A stretch of 64,000 nt of DNA from Candidatus Latescibacterota bacterium. Its GTDB lineage: Bacteria; Latescibacterota; UBA2968; UBA8231. The notes below the pieces were generated by a model that ran no database searches, had not been told where the DNA came from, and saw only the letters and a list, made by a program, of their open reading frames with translations. The translations under genes and the position numbers were made by a program. Below are positions 18,177-27,540 of the stretch, in pieces. Every line of letters begins with the position of its first letter. The first letter of the stretch is position 1. The DNA is taken from the NCBI GenBank assembly GCA_965243025.1, contig CBDETY010000003.1, positions 32,001 to 96,000 of the forward strand, in the 5' to 3' direction.

Positions 18177-18926
18177 ATGAAGTCAATGCACGGAATTGAT
18201 ACACCGGCTGATACCGGCGGGAGGGAATGGTTCGAGCTTCTCCACGACAGCCTGTGGCTTCGCCCGGATGAAGGAGGAGAAGAGGAAGCCGAGTCCCTGG
18301 GGCGGCTGTTGCGTATCCGCAAGGGGCAGCGGGTGCTCGATGCTCCGTGCGGCGCGGGGCGGGTCGCCTTCCACCTGGCGAAACGCGGGGCAAGTGTAGT
18401 CGGCATCGACCTGCGGAAATCCTTCATTGACCGGGCAAGGCGGCGGTTCCGAAGGCAGGGCGTGAAGGCCGACCTCAGGTGCATGGACCTGCGCGCCATC
18501 GAGTTCGAGAGCGAGTTCCACGCGGTCTGCAACTGGTTCAACAGCTTCGGGTATTTTTCGGACCGGGAGAACGCCGACGTGGCGATGCGGTTTTCCCGCG
18601 CCTTGCGTCCCGGAGGGCGGCTCCTGATCGAGCAGCTGAACCGCGAGCGAATCCTCAGGAACTTCCGTCCGCAAGCGGTCCGGGACGGGGCGCTGTTCAG
18701 ATCGAGGTGGCGCGGCGGGGAGCGTCTGATCGCGCGGTGTGTGGTCGAGGGGATCGCCGCGGAAGAGAGCAGGTCCTCGCAACGGCTCTACACCCCTTCG
18801 CAGATGCGCAACCTGCTTTCCTCCGCCGGCCTTGAAGTGGAGGCTGTCCACGGTTCGCGGGAAGGGGAGCCGTACGGGAGAGGCAGCCCCCGGATGGTCG
18901 TCGTCGCCCGCAAAACCGCAGTGTGA
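18177..18926 (+). CDS. Class I SAM-dependent methyltransferase
   Basis: VLDAPCGAGR, FNSFGYF and LRPGGRLLIE. Confidence 0.88.
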   Translation: MKSMHGIDTPADTGGREWFELLHDSLWLRPDEGGEEEAESLGRLLRIRKGQRVLDAPCGAGRVAFHLAKRGASVVGIDLRKSFIDRARRRFRRQGVKADLRCMDLRAIEFESEFHAVCNWFNSFGYFSDRENADVAMRFSRALRPGGRLLIEQLNRERILRNFRPQAVRDGALFRSRWRGGERLIARCVVEGIAAEESRSSQRLYTPSQMRNLLSSAGLEVEAVHGSREGEPYGRGSPRMVVVARKTAV

Positions 18927-19000
18927 GCGAACGTCGCTGCCGAAGCCGGCACCGGGCACGACGTCGGATCGTTTTCGGCCGCGCAAGCAAGGAATGGCTC

Positions 19001-19447
19001 ATGGATGAACGGACATTCGATCTGACCCAGCCTGCGAGCCGCCCGGTCCAGGTGCTCTGGATCGTCATGGGGATTTGCTGGATCATGAGCGGTCTTTTCA
19101 GCCTGCGGGGGGACGACTTCGTCGGGGTTCTTCAGATTGCATTCGGTTTGTTCGCTCTCCCCGCGGGTTTTCTGATGCACCGTTTGAACCGATACGCCAT
19201 TGAGTTCAAGGATGAGAGCCTGGAAACTCGCACAGGGTTGTTCAGACATCGGAAAACCCCATGGGAAGCGATCTCGGAGATCCATGTCAGGTTCATGAAG
19301 GTCGAGCTCCATCTCGCCGGTGGGAAAACCGAGGAAATCCAGTTCGGTGCCATGAGCTACAGCGCCAACCAGGTCATCAAGCCCCGGATCATCTCCCGGC
19401 TGAAGGCGTTCGCCGAGGCCAGGGGGATTCCAGTCAAGGAGGGATAG
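19001..19447 (+). CDS. Hypothetical membrane protein (2 TM plus PH-like soluble domain)
   Basis: Two hydrophobic segments followed by a bPH-like pattern (KTPWEAISEI); AAGGA RBS. Confidence 0.6.
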   Translation: MDERTFDLTQPASRPVQVLWIVMGICWIMSGLFSLRGDDFVGVLQIAFGLFALPAGFLMHRLNRYAIEFKDESLETRTGLFRHRKTPWEAISEIHVRFMKVELHLAGGKTEEIQFGAMSYSANQVIKPRIISRLKAFAEARGIPVKEG

Positions 19448-19664
19448 ACTGGTGACCGCAGCTTCCCGGAAAACCCCGTTCGCGGTCATGGGGTTTCTCG
19501 CCCTGGCCTGGCCGTCCGCCGGGGAGGATCCCGGCCCGGAGAACGACTACCGCCGCGACAGCATCCGCGGCGGCACTATAATGATGTCACTGAACGCGCC
19601 CGCTGAAAGGATGCCGCCATGGATTTGATTGACAAGCGGATGCCCCCCGGACTGGAGGCAGGGT

Positions 19665-20411
19665 TTGGAAACTGACTGGTGGAAGAGCTTCTTCTCGGGG
19701 AACTGGCTCGACGTGCAGAGGAACCACCGTTCGGACCGCACCCTGAAGGAGGTGGAGTTCCTGCAGCGGAATCTCGGTTTGACCGCGGGGTGCCGGGTCC
19801 TCGACGCGCCGTGCGGCAACGGCAGGCTGGCGGTTCCGCTGGCCGAGCGGGGCTGCCGCGTTACCGGCGTCGATATAACCGCGGCCCTTCTTCAGGAGGC
19901 GCAATCCGTTTCGCAGGAAAGGAACCTCGGCCTCGAGCTTGTCGAGACCGACATGAGGGACCTGCCCTGGACGGAGAGGTTCGACGCGGCGTTCTGTTTC
20001 TGGGGGAGTTTCGGGTACTTCGACGACGAGGGTAACAGAGATTTTCTCGGGGCGGTGCATCGAGCCCTCAAGCCCGGTTCGAGGTTTGCCCTCGATCTGT
20101 CCAACCTCGCCGAAACGATGCTCCCGAAGCTGCAGCCGCGCAGCTGGAGCAAGGTGGGTGAAACGCTCGTCCTGGAGGAAAGGACGTACAGGCACGAGGA
20201 AAGCCGGATCGACTGTGAATGGACCCTGGTTGCAAACGGCGTTTCGGAAACGAAGACGTCCTCGATGCGGGTCTACGGGTACCGGGAGCTGACCTCCCTG
20301 TTTTCCGAAGTGGGCTTCGAGGTGTGCGGGGCGTTCGCGTCACTGGACGACGATCCCTTCGAGCTGGGGAGACGCGGGTTTTTCACCGTCGAAAAAAGAA
20401 GCCCCGAGTGA
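19665..20411 (+). CDS. Class I SAM-dependent methyltransferase (paralog of 18177-18926)
   Basis: TTG start after GGAGG; VLDAPCGNGR, WGSFGYF and LKPGSRF. Confidence 0.88.
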   Translation: METDWWKSFFSGNWLDVQRNHRSDRTLKEVEFLQRNLGLTAGCRVLDAPCGNGRLAVPLAERGCRVTGVDITAALLQEAQSVSQERNLGLELVETDMRDLPWTERFDAAFCFWGSFGYFDDEGNRDFLGAVHRALKPGSRFALDLSNLAETMLPKLQPRSWSKVGETLVLEERTYRHEESRIDCEWTLVANGVSETKTSSMRVYGYRELTSLFSEVGFEVCGAFASLDDDPFELGRRGFFTVEKRSPE

Positions 20412-20557
20412 ACGGGCCCGACCTTGAAGAACTCGCAGCCGGCGTCACCCGGGCAGAAGCCATCGCGCGCGGGAAGGTGAAGGCCGGGTACACGCAACGG
20501 ATCCGGCAGACGGCGGGTTGAACCCGGGCCGGACAGACAGCTGAGAAAGGCAGGACC

Positions 20558-21619
20558 ATGACCGACAGGAACCGCATCGAGTGCCTCTTCCTCTCGCAGG
20601 AGGACCTCCTCGAGGCCGGATGCCTCGACATGCGGCTGGCCACAAGCGCCGCGGAAGACGCCATGCTCGCGTTCCGCAGGGACGAGATCCTCTTCCCGGA
20701 AAAGATCGTCCAGATCTTCGACGACGAGACCCAGGAGCGGATCAACTGCCTGCCGGCCACCCTGCTGCCGGAGAAGGTGTGCGGGGCCAAGTGGGTGTCT
20801 GTGTTCCCCCCCAATCCCGAGAAGTACGGGGTGCAGAACCTGTCGGCGGTGATCATCCTTTCGGAGATCGAGCGCGGCTTCCCCATAGCCTTCATGGACG
20901 GCACCCTCTGCTCCAACGTCCGCGTCGGGGCGATGGGAGCCCTCGCCGCCAGGCATCTGGCGCGGCCCGACTCGAAAAGCATCGCCTTCATCGGGGCCGG
21001 CGAGCAGGCCAAGATGCACCTGATCGGCATGAAGACGGTCGTTCCCGGGCTCGAGGAGTGCCGGGTTTCCGCGAAGTACGCCGCCGAGGAGCAGCAGTTC
21101 ATCGAGGAGATGCAGCCTCTGTTCGGGGACATGCGGTTTGCCGCGGCGGGCACGGACGGGCGGCAGGCCATGGAGGGGGCGGACATCCTCGTCACCGCCA
21201 CCAGCGCCCAGGCCCCCCTCCTCAAGGCGGCGTGGATGAAGCCGGGCAGCTTCTACAGCCATATCGGCGGCTGGGAGGACGAGTACGCGGTGGCGAAGCA
21301 GTGCGAAAAGATCGTCTGCGACGACTGGGAGACCGTGAAGCACCGGACGCAGACGCTGAGCCGCATGTACAAGGACGGCGAGCTGAAGGACGGGGACGTC
21401 CACGCCAACCTGGTCGAGATCATCGCCGGCGAGAAGAGCGGCAGGGAGACCCCGGAGGAGCGGGCCTACTTCAACGCCGTCGGCCTCGCCTACGTCGACG
21501 TGGCGATCGCCCACGCCATGTACCTGCGCGCCAGGGAAGCGGGTGCGGGTCGCATGTCGAGCATCCAGGAGACCATGATCTTCCAGCACGAGAAGCTGGC
21601 CGACTGGATCCGGATGTAG
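20558..21619 (+). CDS. Ornithine cyclodeaminase / mu-crystallin family protein
   Basis: KWVSVFPPNP, RVGA, FIGAGEQA, ADILVTATS and FNAVGLAYVD. Confidence 0.88.
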   Translation: MTDRNRIECLFLSQEDLLEAGCLDMRLATSAAEDAMLAFRRDEILFPEKIVQIFDDETQERINCLPATLLPEKVCGAKWVSVFPPNPEKYGVQNLSAVIILSEIERGFPIAFMDGTLCSNVRVGAMGALAARHLARPDSKSIAFIGAGEQAKMHLIGMKTVVPGLEECRVSAKYAAEEQQFIEEMQPLFGDMRFAAAGTDGRQAMEGADILVTATSAQAPLLKAAWMKPGSFYSHIGGWEDEYAVAKQCEKIVCDDWETVKHRTQTLSRMYKDGELKDGDVHANLVEIIAGEKSGRETPEERAYFNAVGLAYVDVAIAHAMYLRAREAGAGRMSSIQETMIFQHEKLADWIRM

Positions 21620-21687
21620 GTCACCGGACCGCAGGCATTCACTGATTGAAACACCGGCCGCACGGCCGCCCCCGAGGAGGAACACAC

Positions 21688-22752
21688 ATGGCTTCCAGGG
21701 TACTCGACAACCGCACCGTGAAACCGCTGCAGCCGGCGACGTCGCTGTGGAAGCAGTACGACCCGGCGGCGGCCCCCCGCGCCTTCAAAGCGGAGACCGC
21801 ATCCGCGGCGCGGCGGTGGCAGAGGACCACGCGCCGCGCCCTTTCCAGGCTGCTCCGCCTCGGGGAAGTGGACGGCCCCGCCCCGGCGCCCCGCAGGATC
21901 GAGGTGGTGGACAAGGGGGATTTCCTGCGCGAGAAGATCCTCCTGGGCGTCGGTCCCCACGCGCAGATGCCGGTCTACCTCCTGGTGCCCAAGGGCGCCG
22001 AAGGACCCCTGCCATCGGTGGTGGCCTTCCACGGCCACGGGTACGGAGTCAAGGACATCGTCGGCCTGTGGGAGGACGGCGGCGAGCGGGACGTTCCCGA
22101 CGGGTACCACAAGGACTTCGGCGTCGCCCTGTGCCGCGCCGGCTTCGCCGTGGCCGCCCCGGAGATCTCCGGCTTCGGGGAGCGCCAGACCGATTTCTCC
22201 CACCTCGACCTCGGGCAGGGATCGCCGTCGACCTGCGCCCACATGGCCTTTCTCGCCTTCCATCTGGGAACCTCGGTGGTCGGCATCCGCGTGGGCGAGG
22301 CCCTCAGGCTCGTCGACTACCTCGAGACCCGCCCCGAGTTCGACACCGGCCGCCTCGGGGCCATGGGCATCTCCGGCGGCGGCATGCACACCTTCTTCTC
22401 CACCTGCATCGACGAGCGCATCCGCGCCTGCGTGGTCAGCGGCTATTACTCGAGCTTCCGCGACAGCGTCCTCGCCATGCACCACTGTCCCTGCAACTAC
22501 GTGCCGGGCCTGGCCGAGTTCGGCGAGATGCACGACCTGGCCGGCCTCATCGCGCCGCGGCCGATGCTGGTGGAAGCCGGCACCCACGACCCGATCTTCC
22601 CGGTCTCGGCGGCGCGCTCCGGCCTGGCGAAGGCGCGCCGGGTGTACGGGGTCTTCGGTGCCGGCGACCGGGTGAAGGCGGACATCTTCTCCGGGCGGCA
22701 CCAGATCAGCGGCGCCCGCGCCTACGACTTCCTCGGGGAGGTTCTCGCCTGA
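21688..22752 (+). CDS. Alpha/beta hydrolase (dienelactone hydrolase / acetyl esterase-like)
   Basis: GAGGAGG RBS, HGHG, nucleophile elbow GISGGG, LIAPRP, catalytic D (HDPIF) and H (GRH). Confidence 0.82.
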   Translation: MASRVLDNRTVKPLQPATSLWKQYDPAAAPRAFKAETASAARRWQRTTRRALSRLLRLGEVDGPAPAPRRIEVVDKGDFLREKILLGVGPHAQMPVYLLVPKGAEGPLPSVVAFHGHGYGVKDIVGLWEDGGERDVPDGYHKDFGVALCRAGFAVAAPEISGFGERQTDFSHLDLGQGSPSTCAHMAFLAFHLGTSVVGIRVGEALRLVDYLETRPEFDTGRLGAMGISGGGMHTFFSTCIDERIRACVVSGYYSSFRDSVLAMHHCPCNYVPGLAEFGEMHDLAGLIAPRPMLVEAGTHDPIFPVSAARSGLAKARRVYGVFGAGDRVKADIFSGRHQISGARAYDFLGEVLA

Positions 22753-22865
22753 GGTCCGGGCGAAGGGGTGGATCGGCAGGCCGCTGAATGTTCGGCGCTC
22801 CGGTGCGCTTCCGGGGCGGTGCCGGTCCTGTTCCAGCCGAACCTTCCCGCCCAGGTTGATGCCCG

Positions 22866-25800
22866 ATGAGATTCACCAGGCCGACCCTCTTTCTGCTGTT
22901 CTTCCTCTCCGGAGGGTGCGGGCTGATCTACCAGGTGGTCTGGGTGCGCATGCTCGGCTTCGTGCTGGGCAGCACCGTGCTCGCCGTGAGCACGGTGCTG
23001 ACCGCGTTCATGGCCGGCCTGGCCCTGGGAAGCTTCTGCTTCGGCCGCCTCGTCGATCGCCGCACCGACGCCCTCAGGATCTACGCGTACCTGGAAATCG
23101 GGATCGGGCTTTTCGGCCTCGCCATGCCGGCGCTGCTGCAGGGATTGAGTCCCGTCTGCATCGGGTTGACCCGCCTTCTGGGCGACTTCGAACCGGCGCT
23201 GTCGCTGGCGCGGTTCGGGGTGTGCCTCGCCCTGCTGGCAATCCCCACCACCCTGATGGGCGGCACCCTGCCTGTCCTCAGCAAGTTCCTGGTCGAACGC
23301 AGGGAAGCGCTGGGGAACGACGTGGGGACGCTCTACGCGCTGAACACGCTGGGAGCGGTGGCCGGCTGTTTTGCCGCCGGGTTCGTGCTGATTGGAACCG
23401 TCGGCGTCGTGGAGACGGTCTACATCGCCGCGGTCATAAACCTGCTCGTGGCCGCCGGAACCCTCCTGCTCGATGGCGCAATCAGGAGCGGCCGGGAGGC
23501 GCAGCCGGCAGCGCCGAAACCGGAGCGGCGTCCCCGGGCCTCGGGCATGGCGCTGTTGATCCTGTGCGCCTTCGGGGTTTCCGGTTTTGTCTCGCTGGGG
23601 TACGAAGTGATCTGGGCCCGGCTCCTGGTATTCTTCGTGGGCAACTCGACCTACGCCTTCAGCGCCATGCTGACCACCTTCCTGCTGGGGCTGGCCCTGG
23701 GCAGTTTCGTCGCCGGCAAGCTCGCGGACCGCCACGGCGACCCGGTCGGGGCGTTCGCGGTGATGGAGATCCTCATCGGCCTGTCCGCCCTGACGGGCAT
23801 GCTGGTGTTGAGGGGAACCCTGGAGGCGGAGGGTCTGTGGGTGATGCGGGAACAGGCGTCTTCGGGCTGGCTCGGAGACGTCGGGCGCATGTTCGAGGCG
23901 TCGTTTGCGGTGATGTTCGTCCCGACTTTGCTGATGGGGGCGACCTTTCCCCTCGCCGGCAAGGCCTACGTGCGTTCCGTGCGGGAAGTGGGACGGGATA
24001 TCGGCGCGGTCTACTCGGTGAATACCCTGGGGGCGATCCTGGGGGCCTTCGTCGCCGGTTTTTTCCTGCTGTCGTGGCTCGGGGTGCAGGGAGCGATCAT
24101 CTGCCTGGCCGCGATCAATGCCCTGGTGGGTCTGTTCCTCCTGCTGGTCCATCGCGCTTCGGCGAACGGACTGCGATTCATCGCGGCCCCGGCCCTGGCC
24201 GCCGCGGTCCTTGTCGCCGCGGTCTGGCTTCCCTCCCGTTTGGCGCTTCGCAGCGACTTCGAGGACAGTCGGGATACCGTGCTCTTCTACCGGGAAGACC
24301 GCGCCGGCACGGTCAAGGTCTTCCGCAAACCTGACGGCCATCTGCTCATCAGTGTGGACGGCAACACCATCGGCGATACCCGGGACGACCTCGACGCCAA
24401 GCAACGCCTGCTGGCTCACCTGCCGCTGCTGCTGGTTCCCGAGCCGGAATCGATTCTGGTGATCGGCCTGGGCAGCGGTATCACCGCCGGCGCCATGACC
24501 GCCTACGAGGAGGTGGAGCGCATCGACGCCGTCGAGATCGTGCCGGGAGTGGTGGAAGGAGCGCTGTACTTCGGGAAACACAACCGCCGGGCGCTCAAGC
24601 AGCCGCAGGTCGAGGTGGTGGTCGCCGACGGCATCAACTACCTGATGACTTCCGAGGGCAGGTACGACGTCATCTCTTCGGACGCCAAGCTCAACCCGGG
24701 CTACACGGGAAATGCCGTCTTCCTGTCGAGCGACTACTACCGCCTGTGCCTCGAACAGCTTACCGATGAAGGGATGATGGTGCAGTGGATTCCGCTGCAT
24801 CTGCCGCAGGACAGCTACCGCATGGTGCTGAGGACCTTCGCCGAGGTCTTTCCCTACGGGTCGGTCTGGTTCCTTCCCGGCAGGCACACCTTCCTGATCG
24901 GCACCCGGAAGCAGCTGGAGATCGACATGGACCGGCTCCTGGACCGCCTGCGGCGTCCCGGGGTTGGCGGGGACCTCGCCCGCTTCGGACTGGGGCATCC
25001 GTGGGCGCTGCTCAGCGGCTACAGGGGAGGGCTGGCGGATATCCGCCGGTTTGCCGGCAGCGGTCCGGTGAGCAGCTGGAACCACCCCTACATCGAGTTC
25101 CGGACGCCGCGGGGGCTGGGACGCGAGTCGGCAAGGAACCGGGCAGCCAACCTGCGCGCCCTGGCACAGGTGAGGGGAGACGTCCGCCGGTACTTGAGAG
25201 GGATGACCGGGCCTGACCCGGAAGCAACGCAGGCTTCCTGGCAACGGTATGCCCGGGGGACCGACCTGCTGCTGGCCGGCCTGGCGCAGGCGGAAGAGAG
25301 CGGTCTGCTGAGCTATGGGGAGGGTTTGTTCCGGCAGATGCTGCAAGCCCACCCGGAGGACAGGCGGGCGCAGTACTGGTTCGGCCGCGCCCGGGGGGAG
25401 CGCAGGGCCGTTCAGCACGCCACCGCGGAGGCCGGTGATGCCGGGGCCTGGATCCTGCGGGGCAACAGCTTCCTGGCAGAGGGGGCTTTCGCGGAAGCCC
25501 TGGAGGCTTTCGAACGGGCGGCGGCCCTGGAGCCTGAGAACGCCCAGGCCCACTACCACCTGGGCGTGGTCAGTGAATACAACGCCGAGGGCAGGCGCTA
25601 CGGCCCCGGGCTCGCTCTCGACCGGGCGGTCGCGTCGTACGAAAAGGCGATCTCACTCCGGGAGGGGTACGTGGAGGCCCACTACAACCTCGGTGTAGTC
25701 TGCCAGTACGACAGCGAGGGGAAACTCTACGGTCCGAACGCCCGGATCGAGAAGGCGCTGGCGAGCTTCGAACGGGTTACAGAGCTGGCGCCCGATCACG

Positions 25801-25949
25801 CCAGGGCCTGGAGCAACATGGGAGGGATCCATTTTCACAGGAAGCGTTACGCCGAAGCGCGAGCGGCGTGGGAGCAGGCGCTGGTTGCCGACCCGAATCT
25901 GCGCTCCGCGCAGATCAACCTCGGCTACCTTGACGACAGGGGTTTGTGA
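22866..25949 (+). CDS. Fused membrane (MFS-like) / spermidine-synthase-like protein with C-terminal TPRs
   Basis: SGGCGLIYQVVW, LMGGTLP, LYALNTLGA, SAM-binding LVIGLGSG, and TPRs (AHYNLG, AWSNMG). Confidence 0.85.
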   Translation: MRFTRPTLFLLFFLSGGCGLIYQVVWVRMLGFVLGSTVLAVSTVLTAFMAGLALGSFCFGRLVDRRTDALRIYAYLEIGIGLFGLAMPALLQGLSPVCIGLTRLLGDFEPALSLARFGVCLALLAIPTTLMGGTLPVLSKFLVERREALGNDVGTLYALNTLGAVAGCFAAGFVLIGTVGVVETVYIAAVINLLVAAGTLLLDGAIRSGREAQPAAPKPERRPRASGMALLILCAFGVSGFVSLGYEVIWARLLVFFVGNSTYAFSAMLTTFLLGLALGSFVAGKLADRHGDPVGAFAVMEILIGLSALTGMLVLRGTLEAEGLWVMREQASSGWLGDVGRMFEASFAVMFVPTLLMGATFPLAGKAYVRSVREVGRDIGAVYSVNTLGAILGAFVAGFFLLSWLGVQGAIICLAAINALVGLFLLLVHRASANGLRFIAAPALAAAVLVAAVWLPSRLALRSDFEDSRDTVLFYREDRAGTVKVFRKPDGHLLISVDGNTIGDTRDDLDAKQRLLAHLPLLLVPEPESILVIGLGSGITAGAMTAYEEVERIDAVEIVPGVVEGALYFGKHNRRALKQPQVEVVVADGINYLMTSEGRYDVISSDAKLNPGYTGNAVFLSSDYYRLCLEQLTDEGMMVQWIPLHLPQDSYRMVLRTFAEVFPYGSVWFLPGRHTFLIGTRKQLEIDMDRLLDRLRRPGVGGDLARFGLGHPWALLSGYRGGLADIRRFAGSGPVSSWNHPYIEFRTPRGLGRESARNRAANLRALAQVRGDVRRYLRGMTGPDPEATQASWQRYARGTDLLLAGLAQAEESGLLSYGEGLFRQMLQAHPEDRRAQYWFGRARGERRAVQHATAEAGDAGAWILRGNSFLAEGAFAEALEAFERAAALEPENAQAHYHLGVVSEYNAEGRRYGPGLALDRAVASYEKAISLREGYVEAHYNLGVVCQYDSEGKLYGPNARIEKALASFERVTELAPDHARAWSNMGGIHFHRKRYAEARAAWEQALVADPNLRSAQINLGYLDDRGL

Positions 25950-26012
25950 GGAAGTTCCCGTCTGAAGAACAGCGGCAAGGCTGCGGCGAAACCTGCGGGC
26001 TCGGGCTGCTCC

Positions 26013-27461
26013 TCACGGATGGTTGGCCGCGGCAGCCGCCTGGGGACCGACCGGGGCATACCGGTACATCCCGTAATGGGACTGGTAGAGGTTGAAGTCC
26101 CCGGTCCCGGTGACTATCTCCCACATCCGGGTGGCCATCGCTTCGGCCAGGGGCCCGGACGAAGGATCTCCGGCCAGGTTGCGAAGCTCGTGCGGATCTG
26201 ACTCCAGGTCGTAGAGCTCGTCTTCGTCGAACCCGTTGAAGACGTACTTGCAGCGGTCCCGCCAGAGAATCCTCTGGGTATAGTTGAAGCGCACGCCGTG
26301 GCACTCGGCGAAGGCTTCCTGCTCCCAGCCGGCCTTACCGTTGAGGCGCGGCACCAGGGAGCGCCCCTGACAGGGGAAGTCCTTTCCCAGCAGCAGCTCG
26401 ACCAGCGTCGGGGCCAGGTCCATGGTACTCACGACGTCCGCGGTCGTCCGCCCTTGCGGGAGCCCCGGGCCTTTCATGATCAGGGGCACCCGGTAGACCT
26501 CTTCGAACGGGGGAATTCCCTTCAACAGCAGGCGGTGGGCGCCCATGTAGTCTCCGTGGTCGGACAGGTAGACGATGAGGGTATCTTCCTCCTCCCCCGT
26601 TTCCGCGAGCGCGGTCAGGAGCCGCCCCACCTGGTCGTCGATCATCGTACAGACGGCGTAGTAGCAGGCGGTCGCGCGAGCGAAGCTCTGCCAATCCATG
26701 TCGTGCCACACACTCTGGGTACGCCTGTAGATCCCCGGCCTGTCCGCGAGGTCGTCCGCGAAGCTGGCCGGTCTGGGGATGGAGGCCGGATCGTACCGCT
26801 CAAAAAAGGATCCGGGCGCGACGTAGGGATCGTGCGGCCCCGGTACGCTGACATACAACGCCCAGGGCCGATGCGGTTGGCTGGCTGCTTCCTTCAGGAA
26901 ATCGATGCCGCGCGAGAACAGGTAGTGCTCCATCGTCGCTTCCACCGGCTCGTCGGTGACGCCGTAAAGCAACAGGTCCCGATAGCCTTTGTGGCGCGCG
27001 TAGTGCGAGTCCGCCAGCTCCGGCCTGTCCTTCAAGCCCAGCCTCTGGCGATGTTCCAGATACCTGCGTTGATTCTCCGGTTCTCCCCGGACTTCATAGG
27101 TGTCGAAACCGAAGTTTTCCAGGAGGTTGGTACGCTCGACGTGCCACTTGCCGAAATAGCCCTGTCGATAACCCGCTTCTTTCAGCGAGCGCGTCCAGAT
27201 GGACAGCCCTTCCCTGAGGTTTGCCCTGGGCGGCTCGGCGGTGTGGGTGCAATCCACGACGCCATGGCTGTGAGGCAACAGCCCGGTCAGGATGCTGGCA
27301 CGGCTGGGAGAGCAGACCACGTTGGCCGAGTAGCACCGCTCGAAGCGAACCCCGGCCGCAGCAAGCGAATCCAGGTTGGGCGTCTGGCAGATCGACCCGG
27401 GGTGGACAGTGCCGGCCTGCTGCTGATCCGATATGAGGAAAACCAGGTTTGGTGAACGCAA
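26013..27461 (-). CDS. Cys-type (formylglycine) sulfatase
   Basis: PNLVFLISDQ, CSPSRASILTG, FGKWH, PHDPY and LSDHGD; TTG start after AAGGAG. Confidence 0.92.
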   Translation of the reverse strand: MRSPNLVFLISDQQQAGTVHPGSICQTPNLDSLAAAGVRFERCYSANVVCSPSRASILTGLLPHSHGVVDCTHTAEPPRANLREGLSIWTRSLKEAGYRQGYFGKWHVERTNLLENFGFDTYEVRGEPENQRRYLEHRQRLGLKDRPELADSHYARHKGYRDLLLYGVTDEPVEATMEHYLFSRGIDFLKEAASQPHRPWALYVSVPGPHDPYVAPGSFFERYDPASIPRPASFADDLADRPGIYRRTQSVWHDMDWQSFARATACYYAVCTMIDDQVGRLLTALAETGEEEDTLIVYLSDHGDYMGAHRLLLKGIPPFEEVYRVPLIMKGPGLPQGRTTADVVSTMDLAPTLVELLLGKDFPCQGRSLVPRLNGKAGWEQEAFAECHGVRFNYTQRILWRDRCKYVFNGFDEDELYDLESDPHELRNLAGDPSSGPLAEAMATRMWEIVTGTGDFNLYQSHYGMYRYAPVGPQAAAAANHP

Positions 27462-27514
27462 GGCTGCGCTCCTTCGCAATGGATGACAGCAAGATCGGGG
27501 GCGGCATCGCTGTC

Positions 27515-27526
27515 TGCAATCATTGC
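27515..27526. promoter_or_regulatory. Palindrome TGCAATCATTGC in the divergent sulfatase/GH32 intergenic region
   Basis: GCAAT-N-ATTGC palindrome; a near-identical element lies at 57501-57512. Confidence 0.35.
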
Positions 27527-27540
27527 GGCCAGGCGGCAGG

